A program made the position numbers and the translations under genes. Under the pieces are notes generated by a model. The model searched no databases and was not told where the DNA came from. It worked only from the letters and a program-made list of their open reading frames with translations. Shown here piece after piece: positions 1 to 7,852 of a stretch of DNA of 64,000 nt. The DNA comes from an uncultured Acidobacteriaceae bacterium (lineage in GTDB: Bacteria; Acidobacteriota; Terriglobia; Terriglobales; Acidobacteriaceae). Positions within the stretch are counted from its first letter, which is position 1; every line of letters begins with the position of its first letter. The stretch is from contig CAVSFL010000009.1 of the NCBI GenBank assembly GCA_963727295.1, forward strand, positions 93,014-157,013, given 5' to 3'.

Positions 1-856
1 TACCTGAATCCCTGGTTTGCCGTCTCGGGCGAGTTGCGCAGACACGAGGAAATGCGAGCCCGCGCCTTCGGCGTTCTGCTCGACTACATCCAGCGGCGGC
101 GCGGGGAGGCCCCCGGCCACGATTTACTGCAGACCATGATGGATGCTCGCTACAGCGACGGCGAAGGCATGAGCGATGAGTTGCTCCTTAGCGAGAGCAT
201 GCAACTGCTGGTCGCCGGCCATGAAACCTCGTCGAATGGCTTATCGTGGCTCTTCTACCTGCTAAGCTTGCATCCGGATTGTCTGGACAGGGTACGGCAG
301 GAGTTCGATTCGGTGCTGGGCGAAAAGCCGCTGAGTTACTCCGACGTTCCGAAGTTCGAGTTCACAACTCAGGTTATACAGGAGGCGCTGCGCCTTTATC
401 CGCCGTTTTGGATGGTCGACCGAATGGCTCGTCGCCGACGACAGAGTAGGGGATCTCGCGATACCCCGGGGGTCGACAGTCGTTGTGTTCGTTTACGGCG
501 TGCACCATTCGCCGCAGTACTGGGAGAACCCGGAAAGCTTCGACCAGGAACGTTTCGCCAAGGCGAAGCAGAAGCTTCACACGCCCTTCTCCCATTTGCC
601 CTTCGGGGCTGGGCCGCGGACCTGTATCGGTGCCAACTACGCCATGTTGCAGATGCTCATGATTCTGGGTGGTCTGCTCAGAAAATATGATTTCCATCTG
701 GTTCCGGGCCAGACAATCGAAGCACGCCCGGTGGTCATCTTGCGACCGGAGCACGGAATCCGTATGACCTTCACCGAGGCCAACGCGCTGCAGGTTCCGC
801 CTTTACGCGATCAAGCACACACGTTTTCTTCTTGCGAGATCCCTTCGGAAAGGTGA
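1..856 (+). pseudogene. Cytochrome P450 (5' end outside window); reading frame broken near 428-431
   Basis: Frame 1 is open from nt 1 (ORF 34-690). It gives LVAGHETSS (I-helix), EALRLYPP (ExxR) and ...FWMVDRMA, then nonsense. Frame 2 (ORF 485-856, readable back to ~431) continues VADDRVGDLAIPRGSTVVVFVYGVHHSPQYWENP ... FGAGPRTCIGANYA (heme Cys loop). One extra base around ATGGCT-C-GTCGCC joins the two halves. Confidence 0.85.
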
Positions 857-943
857 ACTGATTCAGGTGCGGCGAGTATCCGCTCGTAGATCCAACCGAA
901 CTTTTGTACTTCGCTACCGCTTCTTCCTCGAACCGATATCCCC

Positions 944-1777
944 ATGACAAGTGAGCGACGATCTGTACCCGATTTCCTGTACGGCACCGCCTGGAAAGAA
1001 GACCGCACTCCGGGCCTCACCGAACTAGCTCTGCGAGCGGGCTTTCGAGGAATCGACACAGCGAACCAGCGCCGGCATTACTTCGAAGCTGGAGTGGGCC
1101 AGGGGCTGGCCGCGTGTTATCGCGCTGGAGTGGTGGCGCGCAGCGATGTTTTTCTGCAGACGAAATTCACTTACCAGGGAGGCCAGGATCACCGGCTGCC
1201 CTACGATCCTGCGGCAAGCCTTTCCGCTCAGGTGACTCAGTCGTTGACCAGTTCGCTCGAACATCTTGGGACCGACTACGTGGACAGCTATGTACTGCAT
1301 GGCCCCTCGTCGGCAAACGGTTGGAGCAATGCTGACGCCGAGGTCTGGGAGGCGATGTGCAAAGAACGTCAGGCTGGACGGACCCGTTTTCTCGGGGTGA
1401 GCAATGCTTCCTTAAGGCATCTCGAGCAGATGGCGGCCGCTCACGGCGACCTTCCTGCATTTGTGCAAAACCGCTGCTTCGCGCAGCTCGGCTGGGACCG
1501 CGATATTCGCTCGTTCTGTCGGGAGCGGAAGATCCTCTATCAGGGATTTTCTCTTCTTACCGCGAATGCAGAAGTGCTGCACCATCCTCTGGTACTCGCG
1601 CTCGCCGCGAATCAGAATGCGACTCCCGCTCAGGTTATTTTCAGCTTCGCACGCGCGGTCGGGATGCTGCCTTTGACTGGCACCTCTAACGCGGAGCACA
1701 TGAAACAGGACTTGTGCAGTCGCGACATAACGCTTTCTCCGGAGGCAGTGCAGGCGATCGAGTCTCTGGCTGGCTGA
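944..1777 (+). CDS. Aldo/keto reductase family oxidoreductase
   Basis: 277-aa ORF. The N-terminus YGTAWKEDRT...GFRGIDTANQRRHYFEAGVG, then DYVDSYVLHGP and a C-terminal LPLTGTSNAEHMKQDL, are typical AKR signatures. Confidence 0.85.
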   Translation: MTSERRSVPDFLYGTAWKEDRTPGLTELALRAGFRGIDTANQRRHYFEAGVGQGLAACYRAGVVARSDVFLQTKFTYQGGQDHRLPYDPAASLSAQVTQSLTSSLEHLGTDYVDSYVLHGPSSANGWSNADAEVWEAMCKERQAGRTRFLGVSNASLRHLEQMAAAHGDLPAFVQNRCFAQLGWDRDIRSFCRERKILYQGFSLLTANAEVLHHPLVLALAANQNATPAQVIFSFARAVGMLPLTGTSNAEHMKQDLCSRDITLSPEAVQAIESLAG

Positions 1778-1977
1778 CGAAAGCCAAGCCGATTGTCAAA
1801 ACTTTGTGTCTAAGTCCGTCTCTCCGGATGGGCGCGAGAGGTCTAGTGATACAATTTCTGCCGCTTGGGGCAAGAAGGGGAGCTCCCAAAAAACTAGCAG
1901 GAAAATCCAGCATCCCTAACGATGCCGGCGGGCCATCACGCTTTCCTTCACATACGACCTCAATCACGAGGAGGAAC

Positions 1978-3462
1978 ATGAAGCCTTTGCGAATGCTCGC
2001 AATTGCCACGATCGCGTTGACCGCGTTGTGTGCGGCCAATGCGCAAACCTGGACACCTGTACAGAACGTCCCGAACATCGGCGCCGGTGCGATGGCGCTG
2101 CTAACTGACGGCCGGGTGCTGGTTCACGATGAGAGCGGCAACAGCACGCCCAACTGGTATACCTTAACGCCGGACATCAACGGCAACTATGCGACGGGCA
2201 CGTGGACGCAAGTGGCATCCACTCCGTCCAGCTATGCGCCGCTGTACTTCGGCTCGGCGGTCTTACCGGACGGCCGCTATATCACGGAAGGCGGCGAATA
2301 CAACAATGGCCGTCCGAATCGCGGAACCGTCGGCTACATTTACGACCCGGTAGCGAATACCTGGACCAACGTAGCTCCGCCCAGCGGATGGAGCAACATT
2401 GGCGACAGTCCCAGCGTCATTCTGGTCAATGGAAGCTACATCCAGAGCAGTTGCTGCGACAACCCGCCCACGGCTGCCATACTTAACCCGTCGACATTGA
2501 CCTGGACCTCGACCGGTACGGGCAAGTTCGATGTCTACGACGAAGAAGGAATGACCTTGCTGCCCGGCGGCATGGTGCTGGATGTGGATGCCTACGTGGA
2601 GAAGTACCAGGCGAACGGCATGAACTATGAGCTCTACAACCCGAGCACCGGTGCCTGGACTAGTGGCGGCAATACGCCGGAGCAGTATTGGGATTCGGCA
2701 GCCGACTGCGGAGGGTCGGGCAAGGCAACGTATGAGCTAGGTCCCGCTGTGCTGATGCCGAATGGAACAGTCTTCCAGACCGGCGCCAACACCTGCGCTG
2801 CCGGACATACCGGCACGTACACTCCCGGCACTAACTCGTGGGTCGCCGGCCCCGACTTCCCCGGCAGCTTCGACATCGCCGATGGTCCAGCCGCGCTGGA
2901 AGTTAACGGCAACGTGATGATGTTTGCCAGCCCGGGTTTCGGAGGCACCGGCGGCCAGATGTTCGAGTGGAACGGCAGCGCGCTGAGCATGCTTCCCAAT
3001 CCGCCGAACGGCCCGGGTGACTCGTCCTATTACGGCCACATGCTGATGCTGCCCAGCGGGCAGGTTCTCTTCACCGATTTCAGCAGCGATGTTGAGCTGT
3101 TCACTTCCACCGGCAGCCAGTACACCGGCTGGGCACCGACTCTGTTGCTGCCGAACATCACCATGAAGCACGGCACGACGGTTCTGCTGAACGGAACCAA
3201 CTTCAATGGCGCCTCGCAGAACAACGCCTACGGGGACGACTTCCAGGACGCCAGCAACTACCCGATCGTCCGCTTCACCAACGTTTCGACCGGGCATGTG
3301 TTTTACGGCAAAACGCACGACCACAACACGATGGCGGTGGGATATCACGGTCCCAGCTTTACGCATGTGGACATTCCGTCGGACATCGAACTGGGCCAGA
3401 CGCACCTGCAGGTGATCGCGAACGGCATCGCCTCGCAGAACTACACGGTGGTGATCAACTAA
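1978..3462 (+). CDS. Secreted Kelch/galactose-oxidase-like beta-propeller protein with C-terminal Ig-like domain
   Basis: Lies within ORF 1714-3462. I moved the start to ATG 1978, which is preceded by GAGGAGG. Signal peptide MKPLRMLAIATIALTALCAANAQ. Blade-like segments recur (DGRVLV, DGRYIT, NGSYIQ, NGTVFQ, SGQVLF). No catalytic assignment is possible. Confidence 0.6.
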   Translation: MKPLRMLAIATIALTALCAANAQTWTPVQNVPNIGAGAMALLTDGRVLVHDESGNSTPNWYTLTPDINGNYATGTWTQVASTPSSYAPLYFGSAVLPDGRYITEGGEYNNGRPNRGTVGYIYDPVANTWTNVAPPSGWSNIGDSPSVILVNGSYIQSSCCDNPPTAAILNPSTLTWTSTGTGKFDVYDEEGMTLLPGGMVLDVDAYVEKYQANGMNYELYNPSTGAWTSGGNTPEQYWDSAADCGGSGKATYELGPAVLMPNGTVFQTGANTCAAGHTGTYTPGTNSWVAGPDFPGSFDIADGPAALEVNGNVMMFASPGFGGTGGQMFEWNGSALSMLPNPPNGPGDSSYYGHMLMLPSGQVLFTDFSSDVELFTSTGSQYTGWAPTLLLPNITMKHGTTVLLNGTNFNGASQNNAYGDDFQDASNYPIVRFTNVSTGHVFYGKTHDHNTMAVGYHGPSFTHVDIPSDIELGQTHLQVIANGIASQNYTVVIN

Positions 3463-3501
3463 CGGCGCCGTCAGGGCACGGTTCAGCCTTGCCGTCCAAA
3501 C

Positions 3502-3682
3502 GGGCTTTAGCCTCTGCAATTCTGGTACAGGGGCTAAAGCCCAAGTTTTCTTGGGTCGCTTTTCGGCACGACCAAAGGCAGGCTGCTGAAAAACTCATAG
3601 CGCGCGTCGCATGTCGTCGGCTGAAGCCGACTCAGAACAGTAATAAACGGCTTAGACGCCGGCTTGAAGGCCAGCTCTACCC
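3502..3682. repeat. REP/BIME-like hairpin cluster, including copy A of a ~105-nt composite unit (3579-3682)
   Basis: An inverted pair GGGCTTTAGCC (3502-3512) / GGCTAAAGCCC (3533-3543) comes first. The unit then runs CAGGCTGCTGAAAAACTCATAGCGCG...GTCGGCTGAAGCCGAC...GGCTTGAAGGCCAGCTCTACCC. That unit recurs at 33879-33984 and, reverse-complemented, at 14703-14807. Confidence 0.85.
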
Positions 3683-3721
3683 GATTACTGTGGAGCATGG
3701 ATCGGCCACGCTGAATTCTTC

Positions 3722-4774
3722 TCAGGGAGTTACGTTGAAGCTGTCCCGCAGCGCGTCCTCAATCGTGTACTGGATCACGCGCGTGTAATCGGAACCGAGA
3801 AACTGTTGCAGCCGCGTGGTGTCCATGGTGTAGGAGCCGATGAGATAAGGAGCGGCTTCGGGCGGAATCGCCGAGATGCCGAATCGCCATAAGAGCTGCA
3901 ATATCGTGCGGAAGACGGCGCGGCCGGGAACGCGCTTGATCGTGGCATGGGCTATTTCGGCGCAACGCTGCAAGGTGAGCGACTCACCGCGTCCGGCTAC
4001 ATTCATGATGGTGATAGGCGGATCAGTAACGGGACGGTGAAGTAGGACGGCCAGCAGCCGCGCGACGTCGTCCACATGCACGAACTGGAAACGCTTCTCG
4101 AGATACTTTGCTCCGCTTGGAAGCATCAGCGGGAGCCGGCGTCCTTCGGCGCGCATTCGCGCCGCGCGCTTGCTTGGGCCCAGAGGCGTTCCGCGCAGGA
4201 CTCCGACCATGTAATTCTGCATGCTGGCGCCGGTGAAGATGTGCGGACGTAGAACATAGGTCCGGCAATCGCCGAGACTCTCGGTGCGATAGCGGACGAC
4301 CTCGTCGCATTCGCGCTTGTGAATCGCATAGGGCAAGGTGTGAGCGCGAAGTGGTGCGTCTTCCTTTACGGCGCCTGCAGTCTCCGGACCGTACGCAGAT
4401 ACACTGCTGGGAAAGACAAAGCGGCGAACCTCGCCGCCGGTGCGGTTGACGACGCTGATTGCTTCCATCACGCGCGCTGTGCCGGCAACATTGATCTGCC
4501 ACATGCGCTCCACATCGAGAACGCCGGTTCGTTGCGGATCAAGAACAAATGCGAGATGAACGACGGACTCGGCGCGGGTGTCGCGCAGCAGCTCGATGAG
4601 CTGGCGGCAACAGGCCTCGCGGCCCAGATCCATTTGTTGGAATTGCAGAGGCGAGGAAGTTTCGGGTGGGCGCATATCGACGCCCACCACACGAAACTCC
4701 GAGAGTAGCGGAAGCAGCCTGATTCCCAGATTGCCTGAAATCCCCGTAACCAGGACAGTCCGGTCTGGCGGCAT
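3722..4774 (-). CDS. NAD-dependent epimerase/dehydratase family protein
   Basis: 350-aa ORF with an N-terminal Rossmann motif VLVTGISGNLG. SDR-extended-like layout. Confidence 0.8.
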   Translation of the reverse strand: MPPDRTVLVTGISGNLGIRLLPLLSEFRVVGVDMRPPETSSPLQFQQMDLGREACCRQLIELLRDTRAESVVHLAFVLDPQRTGVLDVERMWQINVAGTARVMEAISVVNRTGGEVRRFVFPSSVSAYGPETAGAVKEDAPLRAHTLPYAIHKRECDEVVRYRTESLGDCRTYVLRPHIFTGASMQNYMVGVLRGTPLGPSKRAARMRAEGRRLPLMLPSGAKYLEKRFQFVHVDDVARLLAVLLHRPVTDPPITIMNVAGRGESLTLQRCAEIAHATIKRVPGRAVFRTILQLLWRFGISAIPPEAAPYLIGSYTMDTTRLQQFLGSDYTRVIQYTIEDALRDSFNVTP

Positions 4775-4776
4775 GG

Positions 4777-5907
4777 TTACTGGGGTGGTGCTCCTGCGTT
4801 AGGCGGAGGCGCGTTGCTGGCAGGCGGGGCAGGCGGTTGCGGCGGCATGGGGCGCGGACCTCCCGGACCACCGGGCCGCATCCCACCAGGCATTCCCGGC
4901 CGCATCCCTTGCATTGGCTGCTCGGGAATGTCAGGACCGAAATAGGCCACATTGAGCTCCGGTGTTACCGAGCTCTTGATCTGCTGAATCTTGTCCTGAT
5001 ACATCTGCCGCTGGAGAGTCGTCTCAATCGTCGACTTCACTTCGCTCAAAGGCACTTGGCGAACCGTCAGCGCCTTGTAGATGTAATATGCAGCGGCATC
5101 GTTAAACGGCTGCGAGACCTCAGTAGCCTTCAATTCGAAGACCACCTCGTGCGTTGGAGGCAGTGAGCCCGGCCGGCGAGCGCCCAGATTCACGTCAGGC
5201 GACGTTGTGGAATAGCCGGCGTGTTCGTAGACTTCTTTTTCCAGCTTGGCCGGATCTTCGCCCGCGACCCAGCGCTCGCGGATCTTCACCGCATAGGCCT
5301 TCTGCTCGTCGTCGCTGGGCTTAGGCTTGTCGGCGGTTGCCTGTGGGATCGGGATACTGATCCGTTGCAGAGTTACTTCCGTGTACTTCTTAATGTTCTG
5401 GTCGTAGTAGGCCTGGATTTGCTGGTCGCTGGGATGTGCGTACTCTTCCATGTAATGCTGGTCGAGGCTTTGAGCCAGGATCTGGGTCTTGGCAAAGGTC
5501 AAAATCTCCAGCACCCTGGGATCGTTTTCCATGCCCAACTGGCGGGCCGCATCAGCAAGGACGAGCAGGTCGGCGTAGCGTTTAGCAAATCTCTGCTTCA
5601 CGTCCGGCGGGACAGGCTTGTCGTTCTGCTGAAGAGCAGTGGTGAGCTTCTCGAATTGCTCGCGCGTCAGGCTGCTGACACAACCAGTCGGCGGCGTGCC
5701 GCCGGTCTTGGTCTGGCAGGCACCTTTTAAAGTGATAACGGGTTCCGACATGGGGACATTGGTCGTCGCGGGGGCAGGAGCAGCGGTCTGCCCCGCCGGT
5801 GCGGCCGCAGGTGCTGGCGGCTGTGCCGGAGTGGCCGGCTGCTGGCCATAGGCAATTGGCGTGATGGCACACGCGAGCGCGAGTACCAATCTTGTGAAAC
5901 GTGACAT
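4777..5907 (-). CDS. Periplasmic SurA/PrsA-like chaperone with a degenerate parvulin-like domain and Pro-rich termini
   Basis: Lies within ORF 4777-6045. I moved the start to ATG 5907 (MSRFTRLVLALACAITPIAYGQQ signal peptide); codons upstream of that run into a repeat element. The segment LGARRPGSLPPTHEVVFELKATEVSQPFNDAAAYYIYK resembles a PpiC domain. The C-terminus is a GMRPG/PPAPP low-complexity tail. Its stop lies 2 nt before the epimerase start. Confidence 0.6.
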   Translation of the reverse strand: MSRFTRLVLALACAITPIAYGQQPATPAQPPAPAAAPAGQTAAPAPATTNVPMSEPVITLKGACQTKTGGTPPTGCVSSLTREQFEKLTTALQQNDKPVPPDVKQRFAKRYADLLVLADAARQLGMENDPRVLEILTFAKTQILAQSLDQHYMEEYAHPSDQQIQAYYDQNIKKYTEVTLQRISIPIPQATADKPKPSDDEQKAYAVKIRERWVAGEDPAKLEKEVYEHAGYSTTSPDVNLGARRPGSLPPTHEVVFELKATEVSQPFNDAAAYYIYKALTVRQVPLSEVKSTIETTLQRQMYQDKIQQIKSSVTPELNVAYFGPDIPEQPMQGMRPGMPGGMRPGGPGGPRPMPPQPPAPPASNAPPPNAGAPPQ

Positions 5908-6034
5908 GAAGTGGTTTTCCTCCAGATAATGCCGCCTGAAGGCGGTGCAGATGGATGCAGAAAATCGTATCACATTGTGGGTAGGATACGGCGCGTCACC
6001 CGTTTCGCGCGGTGGCTCAGGATGAACTTCAATT

Positions 6035-6182
6035 GGGTGGAGCACGCCTTTTAGGCGTGCATACGAGGATCGAACTTAAACACGCGCTTTAGCGCCTGAG
6101 GTAATGATTAACGTTACCTCAGCGGCTGAAGCCGGGAGGCACAGAAAGATCCAACTGCACGCCTGAAAGGCGTGCTCCACCC
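6035..6182. repeat. 148-bp MITE-like element bounded by inverted GGGTGGAGCACGCC termini
   Basis: 5' end GGGTGGAGCACGCC (6035-6048); 3' end GGCGTGCTCCACCC (6169-6182). Internal hairpins: CACGCC-ttttag-GCGTG, GCGC-ttta-GCGC, GAGGTAA...TTACCTC, CGGC-tgaa-GCCG. Confidence 0.8.
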
Positions 6183-6271
6183 TAAGAATTCCTACGGCAC
6201 ATCATGAAAATCGCGAACTGACTCCGCTACGCATTGGCAGATCGCGAGCGGAACGTGAATAATCTAAGCGT

Positions 6272-7693
6272 ATGACCGAGGCCGTCCGCACCGCCGAGAT
6301 GCAGCGTGAGAAGAAGGCCGTCGCGTTGAATTCCATCGTTGCGGCAATCGCCATCACGGTGATGAAGGTGATCGTCGGTGTAACGACGGGCAGCCTGGGC
6401 ATCTTGTCCGAGGCGGCGCACTCGGGACTCGATCTCGTTGCCGCGGCAATGACCTACTTCTCCGTTCGAGTCTCCGACAAGCCTGCCGATGCCGATCACC
6501 AGTATGGTCACGGCAAAATCGAGAGCTTTTCCGCATTCGTTGAGACCGCTCTTCTGCTCCTGACCTGCGTCTGGATCGTCTACGAGGCGAGTAAGCGGCT
6601 GTTCTTTCACTCGGTGGAAATCGAGCCGACGGTGTGGGCATTCGTCGTTATGGGAATCTCGATCGTGGTCGACGTTTGGCGCTCGCGGCGGCTGCGCCGC
6701 ATTGCAGACAAATACGAGAGTCAGGCCCTGCAAGCTGATGCCCTGCACTTCAGCACCGACATCTGGTCCAGCTCGGTCGTCATTCTGGGGTTGGCGCTGG
6801 TGCTGGTGGGACGGCAATTTTCGCAGGCGTGGCTTTTCAAAGCCGATCCAGTCGCTGCGCTGTTCGTGGCCTGCATCGTCGTATACGTCAGCTCGCGGCT
6901 GGCTCGGCAGACCATCGATACCTTGCTCGACGCCGCTCCCAAAGGCATTCGCAGTCGCATCATCGAAGAGGTCTACCGCGTCGATGGCGTCTTGCAGGTG
7001 GACCGCGTGCGCATTCGGCGCGTCGGCAGCCGATACTTTGCCGACGTCCTGGTTGCGATGTCGCGCAACGTTACGTTTCAGAAGTCGGAGCAGGTTTCCA
7101 ACGACGTTGCGACGCGCATTCGGGGCCTGCTGCCTGACGCCGATGTCGTGGTAAATACCGTGGCCCGGGCCAGCCATCAGGAGAGCCTCTTCGATCGCAT
7201 TCGCGCCGTGGCTACGCGCAACAATCTCAATGTTCACGACATCAGCGTGCAAGACCTCGGCGGCAGCCTGCACGTGGAGCAGCATGTCGAACTCGACGAG
7301 CGGCTGAGCCTGAAGGAAGCGCACGATCGCGTGACGCGCCTGGAAGGCGAGATGAAGCTGGATGTGCCCGAGATCTCCAACATCCTGACCCATATCGAAA
7401 GCGAGCCGGCCACCATCGAGACCAGCGACGGCCTGCTGCGCGTGCCCAGCTTTGAGCAGAAACTGCAGACTGTCGCCGAGGGCTTTCCCGAAGTAGTGGA
7501 CATGCACGACTTGATGTTCAAGCGCGTCGGTGGACGGCTCTATCTCTCCGCCCACCTCACCATGCAGGATGATCTGCCGCTGTCGCGCGTGCACGATATT
7601 CAGACCGCAGTGGAGGGACGATTCCGGCAGGAAGTACCGGAGCTGTTCCGCGTGCTGATCCATCCGGAACCGCAAACGGATAACCGGCGGTGA
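6272..7693 (+). CDS. Cation diffusion facilitator (CDF) metal efflux transporter with three tandem cytoplasmic domains
   Basis: The TM region has SEAAHSGLDL and DHQYGHGK motifs. Three successive CTD-like segments follow (see finding). The 482-aa antisense ORF 6227-7675 has no recognisable motifs. Confidence 0.85.
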   Translation: MTEAVRTAEMQREKKAVALNSIVAAIAITVMKVIVGVTTGSLGILSEAAHSGLDLVAAAMTYFSVRVSDKPADADHQYGHGKIESFSAFVETALLLLTCVWIVYEASKRLFFHSVEIEPTVWAFVVMGISIVVDVWRSRRLRRIADKYESQALQADALHFSTDIWSSSVVILGLALVLVGRQFSQAWLFKADPVAALFVACIVVYVSSRLARQTIDTLLDAAPKGIRSRIIEEVYRVDGVLQVDRVRIRRVGSRYFADVLVAMSRNVTFQKSEQVSNDVATRIRGLLPDADVVVNTVARASHQESLFDRIRAVATRNNLNVHDISVQDLGGSLHVEQHVELDERLSLKEAHDRVTRLEGEMKLDVPEISNILTHIESEPATIETSDGLLRVPSFEQKLQTVAEGFPEVVDMHDLMFKRVGGRLYLSAHLTMQDDLPLSRVHDIQTAVEGRFRQEVPELFRVLIHPEPQTDNRR

Positions 7694-7852
7694 TGCACTC
7701 CCTTGGCGTTTGCAGCCCGCTGGAACGAAGTACGGCCTCTATGGTTGGCTCTTCGCCGGTCGTCGAAATTAGACCCTGTGCTCATGGCGCACAAGGCACT
7801 CTAGTGACCTAGCCTTCCCCATTTTCCCACCCTCCTGCGAAAAACGGCTTCT

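Noticed and set aside
3489-3788. Small ORFs translated from repeat DNA (for example 3489-3788, 13420-13848, 14618-14812, 20545-20733, 31763-32047, 51654-51902) as hypothetical protein genes.
   Set aside because: They are read through palindromic repeat modules, giving recurring peptides such as RLKPTQN, GLKARST and SAEADS in any orientation. They lack RBS and start context and overlap better-supported genes or repeats.
6227-7675. Very long ORFs antisense to recognised genes, for example 6227-7675(-), 8492-9688(+), 19294-20406(-), 26448-27488(+), 37700-39373(+), 48274-49743(-), 50145-51476(-) and 59345-60277(-).
   Set aside because: Each lies exactly opposite a gene with clear family motifs. 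Their translations are Arg/Ala/Gly/His-rich with no recognisable domains. Long open antisense frames are expected in GC-rich DNA with GC-biased third positions.
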